Shown here one piece after another: positions 63,393-64,000 of a stretch of 64,000 nucleotides of DNA. The position numbers were made by a program, and so were the translations under genes. Positions within the stretch are counted from its first letter, which is position 1. Each line of letters begins with the position of its first letter. The notes below the pieces were generated by a model. That model did no database searches. It had not been told where the DNA came from and saw only the letters and a program-made list of their open reading frames with translations. The stretch comes from Eledone cirrhosa (Eukaryota), in contig OZ024741.1 in the NCBI GenBank assembly GCA_964016885.1, forward strand, positions 49,910,001 to 49,974,000, read 5' to 3'.

Positions 63393-63607
63393 GTTGTTTT
63401 TTTGTTTAAAATGAATATTGGGTACAAAACCCCAATAACTGGTTATTTAACCCCGAAGGGCCAAATAACGGACAGAAAGACCCCTCTCACGAGGAGGAGG
63501 GTGTCTTTATCAACAATTTGGTTCAAGTTTTAAACAATTTACAATTGTTTTAACGGTTAAAAGTTACTATACCTTACAGAGCCGAGCCTCCGTCAACCAT
63601 GGCATTC

Positions 63608-63641
<34 letters not shown>

Positions 63642-63644
<3 letters not shown>

Positions 63645-64000
63645 GACTAGGAAGCTATTGACTATCTACAACATGTTCCACAAGAGGAGTGATGTCGATA
63701 GACTCTACTTAAGGAAATCTGAAGGTGGAAGAGATCTTATCAGCATAGATGGAGAAAAACATCCTACACAAATACGTGACCGATAGTAAGGAGCCAATGC
63801 TCAGAATTGTACTGAAGGAGAGAACAATAGACCAGGGGATGTCCAAGGAGGAAATAACAACAAGGAGGAATAGCAACCTTCATGAAAAATCCCTTCGTAG
63901 TACCTTCTTTGAGAAAACGGAATTCAGAGATCCACAGACATGGAACTGGTTGAGAAGAGGAGACCTTAAAAAGGCTACAGAAGGAATGCTAATGGCTGCG
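63642..64000 (+). mobile_element. 5'-truncated R4/Dong-like fragment continuing past the window
   Basis: Highly similar to 22572-22942. It starts directly after (TAA)n. Confidence 0.88.

Larger units (their letters stand above)
57580..63607 (-). mobile_element. Full-length Tx1-clade non-LTR retrotransposon in an (ATT)n microsatellite
   Basis: 5' UTR, ORF1, ORF2 and a 3' UTR with AATAAA. (AAT)n flanks at 57551-57579 and 63608-63641. Confidence 0.92.

Overview
This is AT-rich animal DNA, most likely a coleoid cephalopod (Octopus-like), inferred from the Nin-type and CORE-type tRNA SINEs, RTE LINEs and dense microsatellites. Most of the window is transposon-derived. One host gene on the minus strand is hidden among the elements. 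Four phase-compatible GT-AG coding exons (46462-46148, 37316-37217, 15227-14957, 957-335) splice into about 436 aa: signal peptide, PAN/apple-like, EGF-like, a fibrinogen-type 'PRTCKDIY' start, and an unassigned Cys-containing domain interrupted by an N-glycosylation repeat. The gene continues past the left edge. Its 9-22 kb introns and upstream region hold a young intact CsRn1-like Gypsy, a decayed sister Gypsy, solo LTRs, R4/Dong-like LINEs, several RTE LINEs with a PHD-type finger, Penelope-like fragments with hammerhead ribozymes, DNA-transposon MITEs and a near-intact Tx1 element. The best leads are the host protein, the hammerheads on the host sense strand, and evidence that the Nin-type SINE is mobilised by an ATT-targeting Tx1 LINE. 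All calls were made by eye without database searches, and boundaries of decayed elements are approximate.
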